Positions 12,880 through 26,100 of a stretch of DNA of 64,000 bases are shown one piece after another. The position numbers and the translations under genes are program-made. Position 1 is the stretch's first letter. Every line of letters starts with the position of its first letter. The DNA lies in contig NW_003314358.1 in NCBI RefSeq assembly GCF_000143415.4, positions 568,731 through 632,730 of the forward strand, written 5' to 3'. The notes beneath the pieces are model-generated. The model had not been told where the DNA came from, ran no database searches, and was given only the letters and a program-made list of their open reading frames with translations. The stretch comes from Selaginella moellendorffii. Taxonomy: Eukaryota; Plantae; Lycopodiophyta.

Positions 12880-14605
12880 ATGCAAGAAGTGAAGGATGAA
12901 GTTGTTATTCTCTCTAGTGATGAAAATGAAGAAAATGAGCTTCTCGACATAACTTCCTAGACAATGAGTTGTGTTCTTTCTAAATTAGTTTTTGAAGTGG
13001 TGGATAAGGCATTTTGGCAATCTTGATCATTATAGCTAGAATTGAAAGAGTTTGAGTACACTAGAGGTGAGGAGCTTCTGTCTTCCTATAATGGGATATT
13101 CTTCAAATTTCCACTGGCTAGTTCATCAAACAAGAAGAGGGGTATGGAGATGTGTCTTGATCCACATAATTAGTGCAGGGTAAGACAACCCACTTCTTCC
13201 ATTTCGAAGGATTCCATAATCCATTGTGGTGGACAACTTGAGTGTGTCGCTAAAAAATGCATTTCTGATAATGGCAAGAACATATGTTTCTTTGAAGGCT
13301 CAACAATCAATCCCTCTAGGCATAGTGAGGTTGTTATAGGGTTTAGATGTCGCAAATGCAATGCAACACTTGCATGTTGAGTATATTGTGATGCAAAGTT
13401 GTATTATTTTCTTCCACATGATGGATGTTTAAGTAGAGCAGCAGTGCATGTTAGACACCACCAACACACAACAGAGGAAGGAATTTACTGTGATTCTTTT
13501 CACAATTTAAAGGGTACTATTACTATAGAGGTTGGGAGAAAAGTGCCACAACTCCAAAGTATATTCAACAGTCTGTACTAAAAGACTATGTGGTGGACAT
13601 GTTGCTACAATCTTATAGAAAAAAAGAGTTCACAGATAACAGCTTGAAGGACTTGCCTCAAAATATAGAACCTATGAGAAATTTAAATAGGTATAAGATT
13701 AATACTTAACTCTACTTTATCACTAATAACACTCTTTTTTTTGGTAGAATAAAAAACTGGATACGAAAAGGGCAAGATGGAAAGCTTTAATATGGATTGA
13801 ATGCAATTTTGGAACTAAAGAGAAAATATCCCTATGAGTTTATTCATAGGAGCTTGTTCATTGGCCAAGTGATTTTGAACAGTCAACACCCTTTTATCTT
13901 TAAGATGTTAACCTTTGGTCCTGCTTTTAATATGGACCTTTGTACAATGAATGGATATGAATGGAGATGGGGATTTGGCTAATTTCTGTAAGCTCCTGAA
14001 TTTGGACATCTCAGGAGATCATCCAACCTAGTACTATTCAAACCCAATGACATTTAACCTCATATATCCTAAGACTTTTAACCAATTGGAAAAGGGGGTG
14101 TACTCTTATTCATAGGCCCTTTCCCTTTATATTTGAACCCCTATGGATCATCTCTCAAGTCATTCCCTTTGGTTGCTTACAATTTATCACGCTTCCCTGT
14201 AAATTCACACCTTCGTGAACGGAAGCTGAGAGCCCCGCTCTCTTGACACCTTACCCCTCGAGTTGAGCATAATAGGAGCAAACTAGATATGCCAAATGTC
14301 AATGAACTTGTGGTGTGATTCCCTTAGCCAACCAATAAACTTTTGAATTTGGACTTCCTAGGAGGTCACTCAGCCTAGTACTATTCAAACCCAAGGATGC
14401 TTAACCCCAAATATCCCAAAACCTTTAACCGATTGAAAAAGGAGGTGCACTTTTATTCATGGGCCTTTTCCCTCTATATTTAAACCCCTATGGATTGTTT
14501 CTCAAGTCGTTCCCTTTGGTTGTTTATAATTTTTAGATCCATTTTGACCACATGGAATGAGTTTTAGGTTACTGAACTATAGGAGCCTATGTTTATGATC
14601 ATAAA
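12880..14605 (+). pseudogene. MULE-type transposase N-terminal half: GCM/WRKY-like Cys/His zinc domain and first catalytic Asp region
   Basis: FFKFPLA..GMEMCLDPHN..HCGGQLECVAKKC..FRCRKCNATLAC*VYCDAKLYYF..RAAVHVRHHQH (13100-13470), then FIFKML and MNGDGDLANF|TRIM|HFDHME*VLGY*TIGAYVYDH. Confidence 0.7.
13987..14528. mobile_element. TRIM-like mini LTR element (~195-bp terminal direct repeats, ~150-bp interior)
   Basis: 13987-14181 (TG...CA) is repeated at ~14334-14528. Flanks are ATTTC/ATTTT. The transposase-like motifs continue across the insertion. Confidence 0.7.
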
Positions 14606-17600
14606 CAGCTTTTTATTTTTTATTATAACCATTCCCTCTATAGATTTCAATGCAATTTGACTATAATTATAGTTGAATTCAAGGTCCAAGATTTCCAAGT
14701 TCGAAATGGAAAACCTATACTATATAGCCTTTCTATTTCTAGCTAATCATATATGCCAGTTTAGTGTTGATATTGGTGATAATAATATCAACAACAACAT
14801 TTAAGGAAGTCTTTAGCTTGAAATTTGCTCTCTCCAAACTTTCAATTGGTGTTTTACAATATGATAACCACGAAGTAAAACCTAAACCCTCCATGTGTAA
14901 AAAATTGCAACTTCGCTCAACTTGCCACCCTTTAGCACAGAATCCAGTTTTGAAATAATTAAGTTATGGATCCGGCTTGTATGAGTAACATCAGTTCCAT
15001 AACAGTAAATCCAACTTGACTAGCATCCCTTTACCTCTAGATTTCAATAGCCCCAGAAACATAGCACTGCTAAAGAACTTGAATCTAAGTGCACAAATGA
15101 GAGATATTGACCTTGACTCCCAATCATTCCAGAGCAATGTGTATTGCTTTTGGCACTAACTCTTCGAATTTGTCGCGAATGTAACTTCGGGTATCGAAAG
15201 TTACCTGTCGACTAGTCCTTACGGACACTCTTACCTTACTGCCACGATGGCAAGAGGTCGGTATTGCTGGACCCTTTATCAACCCCTCTTGTTCAAGTGT
15301 TAGTAAACTGGACTTTGCATTTGTACTTGGCCGGATGAGCATAAGGACAAAATTCCTAAGTGTCTATTCAGCCAAGCATACTTGGCCTGGTTTTTTATTT
15401 CTCTTTTGCTCTGTTTTGCACTGGCTTGACAAGAACCCTCGTGTATTGAGATTGGTCCCCCAATATCGCTACATGATAGCTTACCATGTCTGCCAAACAC
15501 CCTCGTTATCATGCCCTTTGTGTTGGTCTCATTTCGGTCCCAAATACTATTTATGGAAAGTGTTTAGATTTGCTCATTTGGCATATCTACGGAATGTAGA
15601 GATCGTCCTGAACACAATGGTGTTCGTCCCGTATCCAAATTCGCAATCTAGGGACATTCCATATTTAAGTTTCGAGCTTGTCCTAGAGACTAACTCCTGG
15701 TACTAAGGGAGGCTTGGGGTGAAAGCCTAAAGCGTGTGTTCCTCAAGGGGGGGGGGGGCTATGGGGGGTTCTAAATGTATAGTAGGGATAGTGGGTAGGT
15801 CGGGCATGGCCGACTAACCTGAGGCATAGTCTAGCTCTCGCTTGCGTGCCTGTCCTTGTTCTGCGTCCGGGTTGGGTCTAAGCCCAAGTTCCATTCCATG
15901 CTAGCTGGTGGAGTACCCATATCCTCGCGTTAGCCCACCGGTATGCCGAAATAGTGCCAGACTCCGTTTGGCTCCGTTTTGCGTGCTGGTCTTGGCATTG
16001 GGATGCTGGTTGCTCCAGGACTGTTCCAAGTCACTCCGGGCTCCTACCCCTTCGCTCCTTGGGCTTTATGCTCAGGAGTTGCTCCGTGGTTCGGTTCCAT
16101 CACTCCTTGGCTCCATACTTGAGGGTTTTGGCACCGTTCGTTCGTTCAATGGCCCAAGGCCCTGAACCTCGGGTTCCTATGGACACGTGGCATGGACACG
16201 TGGTATGTGACACATGGCATCTATCACGTGGCACAAAGAGGGTTTACCGCTTCGTGGTGTTATCCTATGGTAAATCACTATAGGATAAAGGGTCAAAACC
16301 ACGTGCGCTACATTTGGTATTAGAGAAAGAATTTCGGCAAGTACTATCCAATGAGATTAGGCAACTAGTCTCGCTGCATACGCAGAGATGAAAACGATGA
16401 TCCGAGTGGGTACACGTTTGGGTGCAAAGACTTTGTGTTCGTTCCTTGGGTACGGATTTAGTTACCTTATTGTACCTTATGATGTGAGCTTACTCTTGGG
16501 CTCATAGGATCTATTTGAGGTGTACCATTTTACACGAGTTTGTGCTTGGGCTTGTAAGTGAGGCACATTAGCAACTCAAGATTAAACTTTGAGTTGGCAG
16601 GATTAATGTTAGCCTATTGGTGGTTCCATGAGTTGTTCCAATGGTTCCGTGAGTGTTCCATGTACCGTGAGTGAAAGTAAACTTTCCCTAGGTTTGCTAT
16701 GAGTGGTAAATAGGCTAGTCCATAATTGTTTAGCATGGCACTAGTGGATCCTTCCTAGGCATGATTACAAGTGAGTCAACTAAGACTATAGCGATTAGTC
16801 TATTGGTTCAAATAGTCATTGCCGTGCTCTCTCATAAACTTTTCTTGAATTGGACTGAAGGCAGTGCAAAAGCAAGCTTGAGGTTTAGTCAAAGTTGAGA
16901 ATGAAAAAAGAGTCATCGGGGACGAAGGATCAAACACGTAAGTCATCTTCTCTTCTTGGAGAGATGATTTGCAATGAGGTGTGACTCATTGCTCGTGGTC
17001 ACATTATGCAATCAAGAGTCCCTACTTTGATGCATGTTGGAGATAATGGTCTTACAAATGGTGAGTTGTGGGATGGATAGCAGTGAAGCGCTATACCATT
17101 TTGTCTAGGCTTGCTATTGGAAGATTTGGGTTGCAATGCTCAATTCTTTTCCGGGGAACCTTGCTATTGCTCCTTGAGTAGCTTGGTGTTGGAGTAGTTT
17201 TGAGTTTGGTCGAAAAGAGAGTGGTATGAGCTTGTCCGTGTTGTGAACAAAAGTTAGTGGTGTTGGGTGTTCTAAGTCTCTATCGGTGGAGTGTGGCATT
17301 TATGTTGCATTTTGTCGAACCGAGTTGGCACTTGATAATCACATAAACCTTTGAAGTAATGACATGGGTATTGCTCGTGGTATTACTCAATTGATGATCA
17401 AATCATTATAATACTTATCATATCCATGTGATAATGAGCAATGTGTTTATGAAGTTGCTTGAACCCCAAAATGGTTGATAGTGAAGCTAATCTACTTGTA
17501 CGTAGTAGCATTGTAGTAGCTTTTACTAAATTCTCGATGGTGGTTCATTATGCTAAGCTTAATTTGGTTCCTTGTTCCTTGTTTCCTTGAGGGTTTGCCC

Positions 17601-20600
17601 ATAAGGGTTGTAGCATGCATTTGCTATAGCTCATTAGTTGATCTGTTAACACTTGGAGTAGATTGTTGGATAGAGAAGATGTGAGGTTGAGGCATTGACA
17701 TTACTAGCACTTGTGTTAGTGGAAGTGGCATTGTTATTTGAGTGATGAGGAATTTTCCTTAAAGCTTGGTTTTCCATGTCATTTTACTTGTTAGTGTTTT
17801 GGCTTTACATTAGATCTTGAATGTGGTTGAAGAAGAGTGTTAGTGCAATGTGAATATCCGAAGATATAGTCTCCGTGATCAAGCCTTGGATGATCACTTT
17901 GCACTTTGGCGGATGTCAGTGTTGAATGTCGGAAGTATGGGCAAAAAGATGTTCGATGCTTAAGCATACTATGGGTCATGAGAATTAGTGTTGAGGTGAA
18001 CCTATGTGAAGTTGTTAATAGGAAGAAGTTGGTTGAGTCTTGGAAATTTGTATTTCTGGACTAAGAGTCATTCTTTTTCTAGGATGGAAAATTTTTCCAC
18101 AAATTTTCTTAGACTTTTCCAATGGTTGATCTGTTGATCACTTTGCTCGAAAACCATTCCGTTTTCGTAAGCCATTACAAACTAGTGAAGGGGTTGGAGT
18201 TGACTTTGGTTGGCTTAGACCTTAGTATGTAGTTTGTATGATGCGACCCGAAAGGGATGCTGACTTTTGGGGCTAAAGCAATTGAGTTGGATGGAGTCTA
18301 GAGTTGGTGTAAAAAAGTGGCGGTTGCACTTTTTTAAGAAAGGTGACCCTTGTGTCTTTCTTCTGTAACATTATGCTTGGTGGCAGGTTGCACTTTGCAT
18401 TTTGTTAGACTCTATAAGAGTAGTGAGCTCTCACTGATCTTGACTTGGTCTTGGTGGCCCTGCACCTTGGCTGAGGATAGTGATGTCCAACTTAATTGTT
18501 TGTAGTTGAGATGTTAGTACCCGTACTATAGCTTTATTTATAAGGAGGTTGTGTACCGATATAAGTCCATCTCATAGTCTTCACTTGAGTTTCGACTTAG
18601 TGTTGATCATGTGTAGCTAGCCTCTTCAAAAAGGCATGCTCGGAGCAATTGACTAAACGTGTTGGTGAGCTTATTACGGTTGAGTTGGATTCGAGTGGTC
18701 ATTTAGTTTGTGCTTGTCCATGAACTTTTATCTTGTACCTGGGTATTACATTCATGTTGGACAAGTGTGTAACTCAATGACACAAGTTTAGTGTTCGGGT
18801 CTTGTGAAGGCAAGTTGACAAGTGGTTGTTAGTTGCTTGGCAACTAGTGATTGCTTATAAACTTTGTCAAAGGATTTTGACATTTTCTTTACTCGATAAT
18901 GATTTAGCAGTGATGGGTTTGCTTTACTGGATGGTGTTGTGGAGGATTGTGTTATTAGACTTACATGGTTTGTCCATGTTGATATGTTAACTCTACCTCT
19001 GTCGATATCATTTGGTTGTATTTAGTTCGTGGTGTTGGATTTCATGGAGTCTTGGATGTGGTGATTCACTCCTTGAGGAAGTGTTATCTATGACTAAGTA
19101 TTGTTGAGAGATTGGTCTCGAATACTGAGTAAAATATCTCCGACTTTGGTTAGATTGGTTGCTAGAAAGTTTTGAGTGGTGATTCACTCTTGTTTTCTGC
19201 TAGCTTTATTCTGTTGTTGATGGCATTGAAATGATGCCTTGTCGTTAACATTATTGAGGTTGAGATTCAAGTGAAATGAGATGTCTCTCCTTATGATTGA
19301 TATTGAGTTTCATTAATCTTAATGAAGATAGTGTTGATGATTTGGCTATGGCTTTGTGTTATTGGCATTTGTACATTTGCTAATTAGCAACTATGTTGAC
19401 GTTCAAATGAACAGAGTAGCAAGTTTGAGTTAGTTGTGTTCTAGACGAGATTGTTTAATAGGGGTTGAGTTTTGGCTTTTCCTTGAAAAGTGATTTAGTT
19501 GTGAACTATGCTAACTCTACAAACGGAAGAGTTAGTGATCGATATTGGAATGTTTAAATCCTTATTGGGTTTGAGTTGGAATATATCGATCATTGATGAT
19601 TCTTCTTATGTTTGTTATGAAGTGCGTTACATCTAGCTATAGATGGATTTATGGAGGATCGATTAGATGATCACTTGTTGAGCATAGTTTCATAATGCTT
19701 AGTTTTTGGATTGATGCAGATATGCTCTTCATTAGCTTTGGCATTATGAAGTTTAGCTTACGGATGTGTTGAGGACGATGTTGTGGGTTATACCATGATT
19801 TCTTCTTAGCATTGAAGTTAGTTCATGCGAGACTCATGATCATTGTTAAGGAAAACTTGGCTATAGGCTCTTTGAACTTTTGGTTCTTTGAGTTTTCATC
19901 CTCATTGTTCCATTTGTTAGGAGTTGTTGAGGAAGGCATTTTAGCTCATTAGCTTCGATGATGAAATTAGTATTTGCATCTAGTAATCATTGGTGATGAT
20001 TGACTATCATCTAGGATAGTTGATTATCCTTATCACAAGGTTTGCTTGATTGTTGTTGATATCGAATGATTTGCTATTCTTTGGGATGGTGGATTCCTTC
20101 TTTGACAATGATTATGCATTTCTTTCTTGATGGGATGATTGATGATCTTTCGTGATGGTTAGTTGTTCTCTTTGATAGCTTATGGCTTTTCGCAATATCA
20201 CATGTTCCTTGTGGTTTGCTCTGGATTGGTCTCTTGGGTTTGAGACATCAGTAGGATATGGCTGACACTTGTTTCAGCAATTTGAGTTTCTTGATGTTGT
20301 TGGCTGGGATCTATTCGGATTTGCTAGTGTGATAGTTAGCATGAATGAGTGTTTGTTGGTCTTGCCACATTCATTCTGTTGATTATTGCTCGAGTTAGTT
20401 CTGATAGATTCGGATGTTATTTCCTTTTGGTGATACATTTGCGAGCATTTTGCTTGCCAATTAATGATACTTTGTGTTCTTTGAGTTATCTGTTGTAAGT
20501 TGTTTCGCATACTGTCTACAATCTTTGGTAGTTAAGTTTCATCCTTGAGTTTCCTTGATGATATACTTGCTATTAAATTTTGTTGGATGGTGAATCTTAT

Positions 20601-22632
20601 GTTTTCCAAACATGATGATCTTGGTGGTTCCTGTCCTATACTATTAGTTTATCGAATGATAACTTACTTGGAATACTTTTGTGTTCTAATCTAAGATATA
20701 CTCATTGATAATTAAGTCTCTAAGATATCATTGTTTATGACTTTGATATTGTCCATCTATTAATCTTTGAGTTTGGGCTAGTATAGGCAAACTAGCTTCG
20801 GCACTTCGTGTGCATGTTGAAATCTCTAGTCATGGGGTAGCTACTGTCGACTAGTCACATAACCCGCCTCTCTGTCGATGTTCCTTATTCCGTTAAAAGG
20901 GCGTGACCGTGTAAACAACTCTAACTGCCTATTTACAGTAGTCTATCTAAACCTTACCGACGGGTTTGGTTTCTTTGTTCATGAGGGTTGGGGCCTCTGG
21001 CTTCTCTCTCTATGTCCCTGCGGGCAGAGGTGTATCACACTTTTGTAAGCTGGGTGACTCCCAGAGCAGCAGGGGTGGCTAACTTCGTTGGTCATTTCCT
21101 TGTTAGTGACGGCCGGAAGGTGTCTGAGCTGATAGCGCATCTGCGTTAGACAAAGAGGTTGCCTCCTAACTCATTTAAGTTGGTGCATTTTTCACATAGT
21201 GTGAATACTGTGAATTTTTTCTGGAGTTGTTTCCTTGGTGGTATTCTAGACTCAAGTGTGCATCGACGAGGACGTCGATCTTCCCTAGGGGGAGCGTGTC
21301 GCGAATGTGACTTCGGGTATCGAAAGTTACCTGTCGACTAGTTCTTACGGACACTCTTACCTTCCTACCACGATGGCAAGAGGTCGGTATTGCTGGACCC
21401 TTTATCAACCCCTCTTATTCAAGTGTTAGTAAACTGGACTTTGCATTTGTACTTGGCCGGATGAGCATAAGGACAGAATTCCTAAGTGTCTATTCAGCCA
21501 AGCATACTTAGCCTGGCTTTTTAGTTCTCTTTTGCTCTGTTTTGCACTGGCTTGACAAGAACCCTCACGTATTGAGATTGGTCCCTCAATATTGCTACAT
21601 GATAGCTTACCATGTCTGCCAAACACCCTCATTATCATGCCCTTTGTGTTGGTCTCATTTCGGTCCCAAATATTATTTATGAAAAGTGTTTAGATTTGCT
21701 CATTTGGCATATCTACGGAATGTAGAGATCGTCCTGAACACAATGGTGTTCGTCCCGTATCCAAATTCGCAATCTAGGGACATTCCATATTTAAGTTTCG
21801 AGCTTGTCCTAGAGACTAACTCCTGGTACTAAGGGAGGCTTGGGGTGAAAGCCTAAAGCGTGTGTTCCTCAAGGGGGGGGGGGGCTATGGGGGGTTCTAA
21901 ATGTATAGTAGGGATAGTGGGTAGGTCGGGCATGGCCGACTAACCTGAGGCATAGTCTAGCTCTCGCTTGCGTGCCTGTCCTTGTTCTGCGTCCGGCTTG
22001 GGTCTAAGCCCAAGTTTCATTCCATATTAGTTAGTGGAGTACCCATGTTCTTGTGTTAGGCCACCAATATGCCCAAATAACGCCAGACTCCATTTGGCTT
22101 CATTTTGCCTGTTGTTCTTGGCGTTGGGATGCTGGTTGCTCTAGGACTGTTCCAAGTTGCTCCGGGCTCCTATCCCTTCACTCCTTGGGCTGTATGCTCG
22201 GGAGTTGCTCCATGGTCCGGTTTTGTCACTCCTTGGCTCCATGCTTGGGAGTTTGGCACCGTTCCTTCGTTAAGTGGCCCAAGGCTTTAAACCTTAGGTT
22301 CCACACCACTGTCCTATGGACACGTGGCATGTGTCACATGGCATAAAGAGGGTTTAGGTTCCGCTTCATGGTGTTATTCTATGGTAAATCACCATAGGAT
22401 TGTGAGACACAAAATCCCTAGGCCCCAAAGTGGAGCCGGAAGGGCGCCACATGGTAGTGGCCGAAGCGAGAGCCAAACGAGCGTAACACGTTTGGACCAA
22501 AAGCTCCGACTTGAAAAAGTCAAGAGCAGGAGTGGAACTCCCAACGAAGTGCTCGAGGAACGAGCACGAAGCGAGCAAAAGGCGAGGCTCCAAAAAGGGA
22601 CCCAAAAGGACCAACACATGACACATGGGAGT

Positions 22633-23145
22633 GTCCGAGATGGACCCGAGTTGGAGTCCGAAGTGGAGTCCGAGATGGACCCGAGTTGGAGTCCGAAGTG
22701 GAGTCCGAGATGGACCCGAGATGGAGTCCGAGATGGAGTCCGAAATGGAGTTTGAGGTGGACCCGAGATGGACCCGAGTTGGAGTCCGAAGTGGAGTCCG
22801 AGATGGACCCGAGATGGAGTCCGAGATGGAGTCCGAGATGGAGTCCGAGGTGGACCCGAGATGGACCCGAAATGGAGTCCGAGATGGAGTCCGAGATGGA
22901 CCCGAGATGGACCCGAGATGGAGTCCGAGATGGAGTCCGAGATGGAGTCCGAGATGGAGTCCGAGATGGAGTCCGAGATGGAGTCCGAAGTCGAGACCGA
23001 GACCGAGACCGAGACCGAGATCGGGACCGAGACCGAGACCGAGACCGAGGCCGAGGCCGAGACCGAGCCCGAGCCCGAGTCCGAGTCCGAATCCGAGTCC
23101 GAGTCCGAGTCCGAGTCCGAATCCGAGTCCGAGTCTGAGTCCGAA
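22633..23145. repeat. CG-rich minisatellite in the 5' LTR of B (12-mer CCGAGATGGAGT/CCGAGATGGAC grading into 6-mer CCGAGA/CCGAGT)
   Basis: Directly visible tandem units. Confidence 0.95.
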
Positions 23146-26100
23146 GCCTGAGAGGGTGAAAGCCCAAAGCGTTCGTCTCCCAGACCCTGGGGGGTTTGGT
23201 GAGCTCCAAAAGTATAGTAGGGGGGGAGGACTGCAGTGGAGCCAGTTTGGCCAGGAAAGGCCAGTTTGGCCCAGGAAGGCCGGACCCAGTGTTGGGTGAT
23301 GAGCTGCCCACTGGGAAGTCCAAGACTAGAGTGAACACAGACCGACAAGCGGGGTAGCTTGGTGAAGTGTTCAAGAGCCGGCTCTAGTTCCCCCGGGAGA
23401 TCGACTGGCCGATGCTCCCAGTCCAAGTGTGGGTGGCACTACTTACTTGGATACCTGGTGTGGCTCAACAGAACCCGCTCTAAGCCCATGGCTAGAGCAC
23501 CCAAGGGCAGAAGGCGAGGAGAGTACCCAGGTGGCTCGCGTAAGGCCACGGTGTTCCGAAATGTTGTCCCAAAGGCCCAGACTGTGGAAAGGAAGAGGAG
23601 CAGTCCTCTGGGGTAGTGACCAAGGACACAGTCGTGCAGTAAGGAAGTCCCAGAGGACCGTGGGACTTAGTGGTCGGGCCTGTGGGTCTCAATCCAGTGG
23701 CAGTGTTGGCAAACACGGCCAGGGGCAGAAAGGGACTTAGTGGGAACTGACAGAGGGATATTGGGGAAGGCTATTCCCCTTGTCGGTGGGCATCCTAAGG
23801 ATGCTAAGGAGTGGATCTGAGATGACCACTCACGGATGGTTTGCCTAGTCTTGGAGAGCCAAGATGGTGATGCAAGTGGTATTGGACTACCAGTGTGGCA
23901 AAGGTGATTGGGCATGGCCTTAGCATAACGGGCTGCTATGTCGGTGGTACCTTTGAGTGTCGGTCATGGGATCGGACACGTGGAGCACTTGGACCAAGTG
24001 CAAATGTTGAGTGGCATGGATGCCATTCTCGGGGCTAGCAAGTCCCAAGTCTTGGATTGGACTTATGGAGGTTGTGAATGAGACTCCTCCAAGTGGTCAG
24101 AGGTGTGGTTAAGTGACTAAAGTAGAATGGAAAATTTAGTCGCTTACAATTTGGTATCGGAGCTGTTCCTTAGTCCGACTTTTATTGGTGCTCAAGTACA
24201 TCACCACTAGTGTTGGCAACGGAAGGTCTGAGAAGTGGGCCTATCCTTGAGGAGTAGCAGGTCGGGAAGATATGGCTCTCCATTACAGTTCATGTGTGAA
24301 CTTGTAGACAAGGTGGTGGATAGAAAAGGGCCAATAATGGAACGACTTTGGGATCTTGGGAACAGTATATGGTTTTCCTCATATAGTTGAGGTTGGTGCT
24401 CATGAATGTGAGACCAGAAGTAATGACCGTGGGAGGTCAAATACGGAAGAGGACTCAAGTCCTTGAAAAGGTAGCCGGGGCTACCTCTAATAAATGCTGG
24501 AACAACCCAAGGAGTTGGGGGTGTATTAAGTGGATGAGTTGGTGTTCTCATCACATGGACAAGTAGTCCTAAGGGGCAAAGGTTGCCCCCAGAGAACAAA
24601 ATCAAGTGTCGGAGTAACACTTGTGAAAATAGTCCTTTTGAGTAGGACAAGAATACAAGAAGTGTATTCCAGTGAGCTAGTGCCTCACAAGTAGGACCTT
24701 ACGGGTCTGTGGATTAACCAAGTCCAAAACTGCTGGATGACTCAAGTAGAGTCAACGGATGGTCCTAAAAGGACTGATGAAAGCATTTGGACTGAGGTGT
24801 GTTGTACCCTACAAAGGATGGGGGGGGGGATCATAGGATCCAAGGATGAGAACAGAGGGTATCTCATCGATGGCAAAATGTGCCATGCTAAAGTTATGGG
24901 AAAGGTGTTCCCAGAAGAAAACAACTTTGACATAAAGTTGTGTGTGACCTCTATAGTGCAGTGCTAACGGATGGTTGGCATGAGAAAGAGCGGTGTTGGT
25001 CTTGGCAAAGACTTAGACACGAAGGGGAAATGTCATAGAGGTAGGCTCGTGAAGCCGATGGTGTGGAGACACCAAATGTGCCAAGGTGTGATACCTTGAG
25101 GCTATGTTGGTGGGTTCATGAGAACCCCTTGCCAAAGGAATCCCAATGGAAATGGGAATAGCATAGCCTAAGCTGCAGAGCATGCAGTTGGAGTGTGGTG
25201 ACCCAGATAATGATGGAGGTGTGCAAGCACCAAGCAATGAGTTGTAGGATTTGACAACTATGAGACAACTAAGCAAGAGGTGCAAAATAACTGGTTAAAT
25301 GGGTAGAAGGTAGCTACCCAAGACTTCTTAATAGCATAGGGAAGTTGGATATACCCTTACGGGGGATAAGTTGCTTGTGTTGCGATATAGTAAGTCAATG
25401 TCATAAAAGGAAATACTCATTGTCAAGAAAGCCATCATTGGGACACCCGAACACTCTAGAACACCAGAAGGTGGTGTTTGATGTCGCGAGGGCAATGAAT
25501 AAAGCCCAAGGGACTAAGTCCCTAGCGAATGATGGATAAAAGGTGCTATCCAAATGTCCAAGGTTGCGGAGACAGGAGAGGACTGTCTACCCGAGTTGGA
25601 CAAAGCCAAAAATGGAATTTTGGCAAGGCTAGTGATGGGCATGTAAAGGCCCATAAGCAACAATGTAATCCCAGTGTGTGGGATTATAAGGTGAGCATAT
25701 CCGGATTGAGGAACCACTCCCTAGGCTATTGAGTAGGTTCATCCCTAAGAATACTTGCTAAAGCATGATAGAAAGTGCAAAGCTATCCTCCTGGTCTGGA
25801 GGAGAATGACCAAAGGAAAGGTGTGAAGCCAAAAAGCAAGAAGTAAGGGGATAGAACCGAACCGTAGGAATCAAAAGGCATAACCAAGGTTGGTTATGCC
25901 AGCTGGGAGTGGAGAATCAAGTGGGGGCTCGAGGGTGTTGCTGCTAGCAACCGTGATGCCATGGAGAGTCTAAAATATGGAATTGTCCATGTTAGACTAT
26001 GTGGCATTTGGAAGGCTTGCAAAAAGGGAGGCCTTAGCAAGCTGAGGGACAGAGTTCCTTCAAGGTTCCCAAAGACGATTCTAGGTAGCTTAGTACCTAG

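Noticed and set aside
23147-23325. Possible hammerhead ribozyme (ctgagag..gaaa; gtgatgag) as in retrozymes
   Set aside because: The CUGANGA/GAAA core and stems I/III could not be completed; none was found at the PLE ends either.
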